Part shown: positions 7,962 to 17,232 of the stretch, piece by piece | How the letters are laid out: each line of letters begins with the position of its first letter | Position numbering within the stretch: the first letter of the stretch is position 1 | Assembly: GCA_965198005.1 (NCBI GenBank) | Contig: CBDAOI010000002.1 | Location: forward strand, 800,001-864,000 | Reading direction: 5' to 3' | Length of the DNA: 64,000 nt | Source: Spirochaetia bacterium | GTDB lineage: Bacteria; Spirochaetota; Spirochaetia; SZUA-6; Bin103 | Notes under the pieces: model-generated | The model's database searches: none | What the model saw: only the letters and a program-made list of their open reading frames with translations | What the model was told of the DNA's origin: nothing | Made by a program: the position numbers and the translations under genes

Positions 7962-10438
7962 GCGGCCGGCGCGGCTTCATCCTCAACGCCACCTACGCCG
8001 CGGCCGGTGCCGGTGAAGGCGGCGACGCCGGCGATCCGGGCCGCGCGGTGGTGCAACTCTACGGCAAACTCGACGACGGCCGGCCGTTCCTGATCCGCGA
8101 CCGGCGCCACGGGGCCTACTTCTACCTCGAGAGCGACGCGGTCGAGCGCGCCCGCGCCGCCGGCCGCGGCGCTACCCTTGGCGCAACGCTCACCGCGACC
8201 GGGCGGGTCACGTTCGACGGCCGGCCGGTCCACCGGGTGGGACTGGCCCGGCCGCAGGACGCGGCGCCGCTACGCACCCGCCTGCATCGCGCCGGAATCG
8301 CTACCTACGAGGCGGACGTGCGCTTCGCCTACCGCTACCTGATCGACCGCGGCATCCGCGGCGCGCTGCGCATCCACGGCGACCCGCGTCCGCCGGAGGA
8401 CCGCGAACGGACGGCCGGCGGCGGCGCGGCGGCGGTCGAGCCGGTCGTGTTCGACGAGCCGGAGCTGGAACCGGCGGAGTGGACGCCGCGGCTCACCATC
8501 CTCTCGTTCGATCTCGAGACCGACCCGGAGCCGGAGCGGCTGCTGTCGATCGGCCTGTGGGGATGCGGCGCGCGCGAGGTGCTGCTGTGGTGCCCCGATG
8601 CCGCGGCGCGCGCCGCCTGCCCCCCGCACGCCGTGCCCTGCGCCGACGAAGCGGAGCTGCTCACCACCTTCGCCGCCCGCGTCCGGGCGCTCGATCCCGA
8701 TGTCCTGACCGGCTGGAGCATCATCGACTACGACGTGCCGGTGCTGCTGCGCCGGGCAGCCGCGGCCGGCGTGAGGCTCGAGCTGGGGCGGTTCGCCGGC
8801 GCGCTGCGGCAGCGCTCCGGCGGCAGTGCGCGGGAGGGGGGCCGCCGATTCAGCGACTCGGTGTTCATTCCGGGACGGGTGGTGCTGGACGGGATCCGGC
8901 TGCTGCGCGCGGTCGCCTACCGCCTGCCGAGCTACGGCCTGGACAGTGCCGCGCGCGCGATTCTGGGCGAGGGCAAGCGGTCGCTGCCGGCGGCAACCGG
9001 CGCCGGCGGCGATGGCGAAGACGACCGAGCCGACGACCCCGTGACCCGGATCCGGCGCGCCTTCCGCCGGCAGCCGGCCCGGTTCGTGGACTACAACCTC
9101 ACCGACGCGCGCTTGGCGTTCGACATCCTGGAGAAGCTGCAACTGGTGCCGTTCACGGTCGAACGCAGCAAGCTCACCGGCATGCCGCCCGACCGCGTCG
9201 GCGCCTCGATCGCGGCGTTCGACTACCTGTACCTCTCCTGCCTGCACGCGCGCGGCGTGGTCGCACCGACCGTGGGCGCGCCGGCGGCCCCTGCTGCCGC
9301 CGCGGCCGGGTCGCACAACCAGGGCGGCCACGTCCTGGAACCGTGCCCGGGCCTGCACGACCAGGTGCTGGTATTCGACTTCAAGAGCCTGTACCCCAGC
9401 ATCATGCGCACCTTCCGGATCGATCCGCTCGGCCTGGTCCGGGACTCCGCGCCCGCCGCGGCTGCCATCGAGGCGCCCAACGGCGCCCGCTTCCGGCGCG
9501 GCTCCGCCATCCTGAGCGAGCTGCTGGACGATCTGTTCGCCAGCCGCGAGCGGGCCAAGCGCGCCGGCAACCGCGTGGCCAGCAACGCGATCAAGATCCT
9601 CATGAACTCGTTCTACGGGGTCCTCGGCACGCCGTCGTGCCGGTTTGCCGATCCCCGCCTGGCGAACGCCATCACCGGCTTCGGCAAGCACTTCCTGCTG
9701 TGGGCCAAGGCGTGGATGGAGGCGCGCGGCCGGCGCGTGCTGTACGGCGACACCGACAGCCTGTTCGTGGCCGCCCGCGACCGCGCGCGCACGGGTTCCG
9801 CCGAGCGTCTGGCGGAGGCCTTGAACCGCGACCTGGCCGCCTACGTCCGCGCCACCTGGGACCTGCCCAGCCACCTGGAGATGGAGTTCGAACGCCGCTT
9901 CGAGCGCCTGTTCCTGCCGCTGGTGCGCGGCGGCGGCCGCGGCGCCACCAAACGCTACGTCGGGCTGGCGCAGGGCGGGCTGCACTTCACCGGCATGGAG
10001 GTGGTGCGGCGCGACTGGACGGCGCTCGCCCGCGAGGTGCAGCGCGAGCTGTACCGGCGGTGGTTCGCCGGCGAGCCGGTCGAGGAGTACCTGCGGCAGG
10101 TGATCGGCGAGGTGACGGCCGGCCGGCGCGACGCCCAGTTGGTGTACCACAAGGCGCTGCGCAAGGAGGTGGGCGACTATCAGGCGGCTGCCCCGCACGT
10201 GGTGGCGGCACGCAAGCGCACCGGGCCGGCGCCGCCCGGGGCGCCGCGCGAGGTGATCGACTACGTGATTACGGTGACCGGTCCCGAACCGGCGGAGCGC
10301 ACCGGGCGGCCCCCCCGGCTGGACTACGAGCACTACGTCGAACGCCAGATTCGCCCCGTGGCGGAACCGGTGCTGGCCACGCTGGGCCGCGACTTCGGCG
10401 AGGTGCGCCGCAACGAACGCCAACTCGAGCTGTTCTGA
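7958..10438 (+). CDS. polB: DNA polymerase II (family B)
   Basis: YEADVR, Exo I FDLETD, Exo III DYNLTD, motifs DFKSLYPS / KILMNSFYG / YGDTDS, KRY, and a C-terminal beta-clamp motif QLELF. GTGA overlap with pepF. Confidence 0.93.
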   Translation: MSGRRGFILNATYAAAGAGEGGDAGDPGRAVVQLYGKLDDGRPFLIRDRRHGAYFYLESDAVERARAAGRGATLGATLTATGRVTFDGRPVHRVGLARPQDAAPLRTRLHRAGIATYEADVRFAYRYLIDRGIRGALRIHGDPRPPEDRERTAGGGAAAVEPVVFDEPELEPAEWTPRLTILSFDLETDPEPERLLSIGLWGCGAREVLLWCPDAAARAACPPHAVPCADEAELLTTFAARVRALDPDVLTGWSIIDYDVPVLLRRAAAAGVRLELGRFAGALRQRSGGSAREGGRRFSDSVFIPGRVVLDGIRLLRAVAYRLPSYGLDSAARAILGEGKRSLPAATGAGGDGEDDRADDPVTRIRRAFRRQPARFVDYNLTDARLAFDILEKLQLVPFTVERSKLTGMPPDRVGASIAAFDYLYLSCLHARGVVAPTVGAPAAPAAAAAGSHNQGGHVLEPCPGLHDQVLVFDFKSLYPSIMRTFRIDPLGLVRDSAPAAAAIEAPNGARFRRGSAILSELLDDLFASRERAKRAGNRVASNAIKILMNSFYGVLGTPSCRFADPRLANAITGFGKHFLLWAKAWMEARGRRVLYGDTDSLFVAARDRARTGSAERLAEALNRDLAAYVRATWDLPSHLEMEFERRFERLFLPLVRGGGRGATKRYVGLAQGGLHFTGMEVVRRDWTALAREVQRELYRRWFAGEPVEEYLRQVIGEVTAGRRDAQLVYHKALRKEVGDYQAAAPHVVAARKRTGPAPPGAPREVIDYVITVTGPEPAERTGRPPRLDYEHYVERQIRPVAEPVLATLGRDFGEVRRNERQLELF

Positions 10439-10585
10439 TCGTGATCCCGCAAGGTGACTTGAAGTGCGTGACGTGCTTGTCTAGAAGACGAGAGGAACAG
10501 ATACTCGAAAGATTGCCGGTGACCATTGAGACAATGATTATTTTCTAGCAGCCAGGGCGGTTGGCACCCCACGACCCAAATCCTG

Positions 10586-10894
10586 TTACGCCATGTTCGG
10601 TGATGCGGTGAGAGACCTGCTCGACCCGCGGCTGCGGGGTGGCGGGGGACGTCTCGAGGCCGATGCCGCCGGGTCGCTGCGGAGGCGGGCCATCTGATCG
10701 TGTTCGACCGCGCGCCGGACCGACCCGATTCGGTGTTGCAGTAGGGCGACGGTCTCAAGCACTACGTAGTTGGTAGTAACCAGAGTAGCCCGCTGTTCGG
10801 TGATCTGCTTCCACAGTGCCTTCGCCTCTTTGTGGACTGCGTCGTCTTTGTCCATCACGGCGAGAAGCGCCGACGTATCGACAAAGCAGGTCAT
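10586..10894 (-). pseudogene. VapC/PIN toxin, C-terminally truncated
   Basis: FVDTSALLA..D.DD..H..A....TTNYVVLET. Similarity is lost after LLQHRIG (about 10728), so the downstream acidic PIN residues are missing. Confidence 0.8.
10593..10649 (+). pseudogene. Isolated DppC permease C-terminal tail
   Basis: atgttcggtgatgcggtgagagacctgctcgacccgcggctg translates as MFGDAVRDLLDPRLRGGG with no upstream permease. Confidence 0.7.
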
Positions 10895-11142
10895 GCTTCC
10901 GATGCTTCAGCGAAGTAGCGATCGTGGCAGCGCGAAAGGTCCGAGCGCCCGGAGCTGAACGCTCCTGCCGCAGCAGCAGCCCGCTCGTAGCGTGCTTTAC
11001 GGTCGACCTGGGGAGATGTCTCGAAGAAGAAAGAGACGGCGCGTCTGATTACCTCCGCCATGGATGTATGCTGGTGGTCGGCCACCTCGCGGATTCTTCG
11101 AATCAATTCTTCAGGCAACTGTATCTGGGTCCGTACCATCAC
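10891..11142 (-). CDS. Ribbon-helix-helix (CopG/VapB-like) antitoxin
   Basis: MVRTQIQL.EE....IR..A.....SMAEVIRRAV and C-terminal FSSGRSDLS..HDRY. ATGA overlap with the PIN gene. Confidence 0.8.
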   Translation of the reverse strand: MMVRTQIQLPEELIRRIREVADHQHTSMAEVIRRAVSFFFETSPQVDRKARYERAAAAAGAFSSGRSDLSRCHDRYFAEASEA

Positions 11143-11165
11143 TGTACCTCGCCTTCTTGTGTTTC

Positions 11166-11178
11166 GGTGTGCTACACC
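11166..11178. promoter_or_regulatory. Possible TA autoregulatory operator
   Basis: GGTGT-gct-ACACC inverted repeat just upstream of the antitoxin. Confidence 0.3.
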
Positions 11179-11360
11179 ATGATAACACAGCGTGCCGCTT
11201 ATGACAGCGGAAGCCGATGTCGATCCCGAACAGGCAGCCGCGCCACCCCGTCGTTACCCACGATGCCGATCGGCGGCGTGTAGAGCGCCTGCAGCGCCTC
11301 GCGGACGCCGCTCTCCTCCAACCATGAAAAGTAATGCTCAGGCATCAAGGCTGCGCAAGG

Positions 11361-12180
11361 TCATGAACGGCGCGGGCGCACGCCACGGCGCCGCGGCGTG
11401 CGGCGTGGGCGGCGCCCGCCCCCGTAGCGGCCGGCGGCGCCGCGCAGCCGCGGGTCCAGCAGGTCGCGCACCGCGTCGCCGAACAGGTTGAGGGCGTAGA
11501 CCGTCACCGTCAGGCCGAAGCCGAGGAAGCTCAGCGACGCCTCGGCGATGATCACGCCGCCGACGTTGATGCTGAACACGACGATCAGCGGCGCCGCGAT
11601 GTTGGGCAGCACGTGACGGACGAGCGTGCGCAGCGTGCGGGCGCCGGTCGCCTGCGCGGCCTGGAAGTAGGCGTTCTCCTTGACCCCGATCACCGCGCCG
11701 CGCACCACCCGTGACGCGGGAATGCCACCGGCCACCCCGAGCACCAGGATGATCTGCACCACGCCGCGGCCGGCGATCGACATGATGGTGAGCAGCAACA
11801 GCAGCCCCGGAAACGACATCCACGCGTCCACGAACCGCTGCGCGTAGATGTCGACCCGGCCGCCGACGAAGCCGGTGGTGCCGCCGATCAGCAGCGCGAC
11901 CATCACGTTCAGCGCCGTTGCCGCCAGCCCGACCGTAATCGACAGGCGCCCGCCGACGATGAGGCGGCTCAGAAAGTCGCGGCCGACGTGGTCGGTGCCG
12001 AGCAGGTGCGCGGCCGACGGACCCTGCATCCGGTCCTGCACCCGGCCGCGGTCGAATTCGTAGGGCGCGAGCTGCGCGGCGAAGATGGTGATGAACACCA
12101 GCGCCAGGACGATGAGGGCGCCAACGGCTCCCAGCGGTTGCTCCCTCAGCAGCCGCGAGAAGAAGCTGGCAACTGGTCGG
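11361..12180 (-). pseudogene. Peptide ABC permease (DppC-type) lacking its start and carrying an internal in-frame deletion
   Basis: HLLGTDHVGRDFLSRL, an EAA-like loop and RHVLPN are present. SLSFLGFGL runs straight into TVTVYALNLFGDAVRDLLDPRL, so the SWG..L...PG segment is missing. Confidence 0.85.
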
Positions 12181-12233
12181 CGGCGCGCAACCCTTCATCG
12201 TGCCGGCCATGGGCAGCCATGGCGGCGCCACCG
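12181..12233 (+). pseudogene. Fragment of a second LarA-like gene
   Basis: GAQPFIVPAMGSHGGAT, versus GTQPFVIPAMGSHGGAT in the intact gene near 2800. Confidence 0.65.
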
Positions 12234-12444
12234 GCATCGGACAGGGTGGCGGCCGATCTGCGGCGTGTCGGACACGGCTGCGCATCGGTCACCCGACTTA
12301 CCGCGCGCCGCTAGTCGCTCAGCCTGCCGCGCGACAGCCAGCCGCGCGGCAGGCGACCGCTCGGCGCCGGTGCTGAGCGCGGCACCATCGATCCGCGTGG
12401 CACACACCCGCCACGCCTCCGTGCCTCGAACGGCCGACCATGTC

Positions 12445-12561
12445 GGCCGACTCCACCAGTCTGATTACCTGGGCTCCCTGATCGGCCAGTAGCATGCCTG
12501 CCAGAGGGCCGGGCAGGTAGTGCCCGAAATCGATCACCCGCACCCCGGCGAGGGGCGGCAG
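12445..12561 (-). pseudogene. CaiB/BaiF CoA-transferase N-terminal fragment
   Basis: [37 protein letters not shown], after which similarity ends. Confidence 0.75.
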
Positions 12562-12705
12562 AGCGTCACGGCGACGCGAATCGGACTGCTCAGAATCGGC
12601 GCGGGGCATCGTTGCGGGCCAGAAGGTTAGATCGCGGCGCGCAGGCTGTCCAGGTAGGCTGGGGGTGGGGGAGATCTCGGGGGAGATCAAACAACCCAAT
12701 CCTCC

Positions 12706-12748
12706 CATCCTTGCAAATTTCAAGAATCGCGCAGAAAATGCAAGGATG
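12706..12748 (+). promoter_or_regulatory. Inverted repeat overlapping the start codon of the AAA_14/DUF4143 gene
   Basis: CATCCTTGCA (12706-12715) and TGCAAGGATG (12739-12748) are perfect 10-bp arms. The right arm contains the ATG. Confidence 0.55.
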
Positions 12749-13918
12749 ATAAAACGCGCGGTCGAGGGGCAGGTGGTGGCTGCCCTCGAACGGCAAGCAG
12801 CCGTGGCGATCGTCGGTCCGCGCCAGGTCGGCAAGACCACCCTCGCGCTCAAGATCGCGCGATCTCGGCCATCCGTCTATCTCGATCTGGAAGCGCCGCA
12901 GGACGTTGCCAAGCTGCAGGCTCCGGAGCTGTTTCTGGAGCGGCACACCGACAAGCTCATCGTCCTCGACGAGATCCACCGCACGCCGGATCTGTTTCAG
13001 GTGCTGCGGGGAGTCATCGACCGAGCACGCCGAAGCGGGCGACGCGCTGGCCTTTTCCTGATACTCGGATCCGCTTCGGTCGCCCTTCTGCGTCAGTCAG
13101 GAGAGACCCTTGCTGGCCGCATCGCGTATGTCCAGTTGGGCCCCGTGACCGCACCCGAAGTTCCGCCCGATCGCAACGAGCAGGACCGGCTATGGCTGCG
13201 CGGTGGGTTCCCCGACAGTTTCTTGGCTGCCACGGATGCCGACAGCTTTCTATTAAGGCAGGACCTGATCCGAACCTACCTCGAGCGCGACGTCCCGCAG
13301 CTAGGGCCACGGGTTCCGGCCGAGACGCTCCGCCGGTTATGGACGATGCTGGCGCACAATCAGGGCCAGCTGCTCAACGCGTCGCGGCTCGCGGCGAGTT
13401 TCGGCGCGTCCTCGACAACCGTCGCCCGCTACCTAGATCTACTGGTCGACCTGTTGCTGCTGCGGCGTCTGGAACCGCTGCATGCCAACGTCGGCAAGCG
13501 CCTGGTCAGGTCGCCCAAGATCTATGTGCGAGACTCGGGGCTCGTCCACGCTCTGCTGCGTCTCGAGACACTCGACGATCTACTCGGACACCCAGTCGTC
13601 GGCTCGAGTTGGGAGGGCTATGCGATCGAGTCGCTGCTTGCCGCTGCCCCTGGGGCCGATGTCAGCTTCTACCGAACGGCAGCTGGCGCCGAAGTGGACC
13701 TCGTTCTGGAGCTCGGCGGCTCGCGGGGTAGCTGGGCTGTCGAGATCAAACGTGGGCTCGATCCCGGGGCGTCCAAAGGACTCAGAAATGCGTGCGCCGA
13801 CCTGCGGCCCACGCGTACGTTCGTAGTGTACTCGGGCACGGAGCGGTATGCCTTGACTCCTGACGTCGAGGCAATTGGCCTCCGCGAGCTAGCTGCGCAG
13901 CTGCGGATGTCGGAATAG
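12746..13918 (+). CDS. ATP-binding protein, AAA_14 + DUF4143 with C-terminal nuclease-like domain
   Basis: [48 protein letters not shown], and FYRT..GAEVDLV...AVEIK. Confidence 0.9.
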   Translation: MIKRAVEGQVVAALERQAAVAIVGPRQVGKTTLALKIARSRPSVYLDLEAPQDVAKLQAPELFLERHTDKLIVLDEIHRTPDLFQVLRGVIDRARRSGRRAGLFLILGSASVALLRQSGETLAGRIAYVQLGPVTAPEVPPDRNEQDRLWLRGGFPDSFLAATDADSFLLRQDLIRTYLERDVPQLGPRVPAETLRRLWTMLAHNQGQLLNASRLAASFGASSTTVARYLDLLVDLLLLRRLEPLHANVGKRLVRSPKIYVRDSGLVHALLRLETLDDLLGHPVVGSSWEGYAIESLLAAAPGADVSFYRTAAGAEVDLVLELGGSRGSWAVEIKRGLDPGASKGLRNACADLRPTRTFVVYSGTERYALTPDVEAIGLRELAAQLRMSE

Positions 13919-13987
13919 GAGATGCGTTAGTCGTTCCACGTATCCACCCCTTCCACCACGGACGACGTCACGCTGCCGCGTTTGCCA

Positions 13988-14741
13988 CTACTCCGTCGCG
14001 CTACCGGCGAGGACCTCGGCCATTCGCCCCTTGCTGGTAAAGGCGGCGTAGAACTCCTCAGCCAACGGCTGCCTGCGCATCAGCGGCGCAAGCCGGCGGG
14101 CGATGCCGCCACCCAGATACACGCCGCCCGTGGCCATTAAGTTGAGAGCCGCGTCACCAGCGGTGGCGGCACAGAGATTGGCCTCCGCGTTCGCGCCGAC
14201 GGCGAGTGCTTCCTCCAGGATGACTCGGGTCGGATCGCCGCTGGCAATTCTGGCGGCGATCGAACTCTCATCAATCCCCTGGTCATCCCGCAGGAACCGA
14301 TACAGATTCGGTATCCCCATGCCGGAACAGACGCGTTCGGTGCTCACGTGATCGTGCTCGCGGCGTAGGTGCCGCAACAAGCGTATCTGCAGCTCTCCGT
14401 GGGGCGCGAAACTGGCGTGGCCGCCCTCCGACGGTAGACGGACGTAGCCTCCCCCGGTCTGAGGCGCCAGGAACGCCTCGCCGAGTCCCGTGCCAGGCGC
14501 AACGACCGCGATGGCTCCCGCTGGGTCGGCAGTGCCCGGCTTCACCGTGGCCACGTCCTCGGTGCCAAGGTGGGGGGCTGCAGCCGCGATGGCTTCCAGG
14601 TCCTTGACGAGGAAGACGTCCGGCACGCCAACGCAGTCCGCCAACGTATCGGTCGGCGCCGATATCAAACAGGGCGATGTCGGTCTTCGTGCCACCGATA
14701 TCTCCAACCAGCATCTGCCCTCGTGCTCCTGCGTCTGGCAT
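13988..14741 (-). pseudogene. glk: Glucokinase, deleted and frameshifted
   Basis: GDIGGTKT is in one frame; APGTGLGEA, PSEGGH, ERVCSGMG and GGVYLGGGI are in another. Internal segments and the C-terminus are missing. Confidence 0.8.
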
Positions 14742-14844
14742 GGCTCCGAGCACCTGCGCCTCCTGGACGACGCCAAACGAGATCGACGATTCAGACTTGC
14801 CCACCTCGTCCGGGATTCCCAGAGCATCCACCAGCTCCAGTTTG

Positions 14845-15025
14845 AGCCCCAGTAGTTGGGAGCCTTCTCCCACGTCACGGAACTGCCTTCGACCCAATCG
14901 GTAAGCTCGTACGGTCCCGTGCCAACGAGGTTGCGCCAGTCGGTGATCTCACCGTGCTCTCGAATCACCTCCGGTGGGTAGATGAACACGACGTTCACAA
15001 TGAGGAGGGTCTTGAGTGCGTCCGC
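14845..15025 (-). pseudogene. Family 5 ABC substrate-binding protein internal fragment
   Basis: IYPPEVIREHGEITDWRNLVGTGPYELTDWVEGSSVTWEKAPNYWG. Confidence 0.7.
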
Positions 15026-15328
15026 ACCTCCTGGTTGGTGCGCCAGGTACCATCCGCCCGGTGCAGGGAGGTCGGCGCAACGGTAGTGCCGCCGGCGGTG
15101 CGCGCGGCGTGGTCAATCAAGGGGAGCGGTTAGTGCTTCTCGTGCAAGTACTTGGGGGTACAGGGGGGTATAGAGGTAGGACACACCGATCCGGTCAAAC
15201 CGGTAGCGTCCTCAAGTGCCTATGGTCCTGCATCATCCACATGAGCCCGATTCCCAACAGAGGGCCACTATACTCCATGCGCAACAGACCGTCGAGCAGA
15301 CGAGCAGACAAGAACAGAGCGAACAGAG

Positions 15329-15437
15329 CGGCCTGGGCAGCGACCGCATCTTATCGAAGCGGACCAAACGGCCGTGGAACTCCGCCTCCGGCGCCGACAC
15401 CGTAGATGAACCTGCCGTTCGACAGCCGGTCGAGCTC
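15329..15437 (-). pseudogene. LLM-class flavin-dependent oxidoreductase fragments
   Basis: ELDRLSNGRFIYGVGAG is followed in another frame by EFHGRLVRFDKMRSLPRP. These two LLM motifs are normally well separated. Confidence 0.55.
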
Positions 15438-15440
15438 TCC

Positions 15441-16931
15441 TCATCCGAGCCGAGCGAGCTGGATCTCATCCTCGTGGATCACGTAGCCGTAGTCGTCGAC
15501 CAACCACGACCGCCAGCCGTCCTGCTCCTTTTCAACATGGGCCAACCGCAGCCGTGTCCATGGGTCGGCCCAGCCGGGTGCACTCCCAACCACGACCTCA
15601 AGTGGTACGCCGCGCTGGTAGGCCTGATCCATGAGATTGTAGAGCGTTACCTCATCCCGGTGCACCCAGGGGGCGGGGAAGCGTTCGTCCACAAAACCCC
15701 AACGTAGCCGCACGCTGCCATGCAGACGCCCATATTGATAGATGGCGTAGAGCGACTTGGCGTCGGCTTCCAGCCGGCGCCGCAGCTTCGTCAACTGGCC
15801 GCCGGCGAGGTACTCTCGCATCTTCTTCGCGTCGCCGAACGGGCGACTGATGCCGCACGAGCCCTGTACCAACAGACTCGTCGTGATCGTGAGCGTCCGT
15901 CCGCGCTTATTGATCGTCTTCGTCTTCTGCGGCGGTCCCAACTCACCGAGGCGACGGTCTCCGGGCTCGAAGCGCAACGTCCGCAGCAACGTGCGCACGT
16001 CGATGGCTGCAATGCTGTCATACGCAGCGAGCTTCTCCACCGCGCTTGCGATCTCGTCCCCCATGAAGGTGTCGAGCTCCCGCTCGGCGACATCGACCAG
16101 CACCAGCGCCTCAGGTTTCTTGGCGGGAAGCGCGTGGACCAACACCCGCCGCATGCGGCCGAGTTCCTTGGCGCGGGCCTCGCGCTCGCGTTCGAACTGT
16201 CTTCGAGTGGCGGCAACCACGGCCGGATCGGGTTGCGCGTATGCCCAACGCCTGCGGGTCTCGATCCTGTCGATTACAGCCTGCCGTGCCGCGCGAAGCG
16301 CATCGTGGTCGGGGTCGAGTTCCCAACGACCGTCCTCTCGTGCTCGAATCGCAGATGCACGCCGCCAGTAGTTGGCCGACTTGGCCGAGACAGGATACCG
16401 CTGGCTGCGAGCCGACACGAACGAAATCACGTCCTCCGGATCCAGGGCCCTGCCGTGCGCATCCAGGACGCAGAGAACCACACGCTGTGCCGACCAGCTA
16501 CTTGGGACGCCGTCTCGCCATGCCTCGTCGAGATACGCCACCGTCAGCGGAGCATGAACGGTGGGAAGTGGTGCTGGCGCGGGGCGATCCACGGGTAGCG
16601 ACGCTGCCTTCACCGGTCGCAAGCCAAAGCGAAAGGCCCACAGATCGGCGTCGGCGTCGTGGGGATCGAGCGCGTAGCGATCGCCATCGCGGTAGATCGG
16701 AGATCGCCCCGGCTTGCACCGCTTCAGCGAAGTCAGAGCATTCGCGGCAGGCGCCACCCCAGCCGCCTCGAGGCGCTCCGCGGCTTCCTGCAGGGTGACG
16801 GGTTCGCCTCGCTCCAGGAGGACCACGATCAGGAGGCTGTAGTAGTTGGCGTCCCGGTGGTCCTTGGCCACCTCAAGCTTCGGAATCCTGATCCCGAGCG
16901 CGTCGCAGTATGGATTTGAGCTGGACCTCAT
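15441..16931 (-). CDS. Hypothetical multidomain protein (496 aa)
   Basis: Long ORF with protein-like composition, unlike the Arg/Pro-rich shadow ORFs. The domain interpretation is given under findings. Confidence 0.8.
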   Translation of the reverse strand: MRSSSNPYCDALGIRIPKLEVAKDHRDANYYSLLIVVLLERGEPVTLQEAAERLEAAGVAPAANALTSLKRCKPGRSPIYRDGDRYALDPHDADADLWAFRFGLRPVKAASLPVDRPAPAPLPTVHAPLTVAYLDEAWRDGVPSSWSAQRVVLCVLDAHGRALDPEDVISFVSARSQRYPVSAKSANYWRRASAIRAREDGRWELDPDHDALRAARQAVIDRIETRRRWAYAQPDPAVVAATRRQFEREREARAKELGRMRRVLVHALPAKKPEALVLVDVAERELDTFMGDEIASAVEKLAAYDSIAAIDVRTLLRTLRFEPGDRRLGELGPPQKTKTINKRGRTLTITTSLLVQGSCGISRPFGDAKKMREYLAGGQLTKLRRRLEADAKSLYAIYQYGRLHGSVRLRWGFVDERFPAPWVHRDEVTLYNLMDQAYQRGVPLEVVVGSAPGWADPWTRLRLAHVEKEQDGWRSWLVDDYGYVIHEDEIQLARLG

Positions 16932-17232
16932 CGTAGCATCTCACCGTCGTCCCAACGTGGCCATCCAGGCGTGAACCGGCAACAGTGCCCCGGCTCGGCA
17001 CTCGAAACGATCCCGATCCCGCAGGTCGTGCTGGTCGTTTACGTTGTACCACTTGGCGGGTGTTGATCAACCCGATCTTCTTGCAGGTGCGGTGGCGCCC
17101 GTCTGCAGCGATCGTCCGATTGCTTGCCCTATCACTGGCGCCGTGGTATGGGTGACGGCAGGCATGGCATTCGTGGAGACACCACACGCTTCCGGGGCGG
17201 GCTTGTCCGAATCCTTGCTCGATAACTCCGCA

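Noticed and set aside
13988-14998. The 336-aa ORF as a real SBP-glucokinase fusion protein
   Set aside because: It only strings together fragments; the glucokinase ATP-binding motif is in another frame and core segments are missing.
16930-16975. Integron attC-like GTTGGGAC upstream of the 496-aa orphan
   Set aside because: There is no convincing complementary R'' box or L boxes downstream of the gene, and no integrase in the window.
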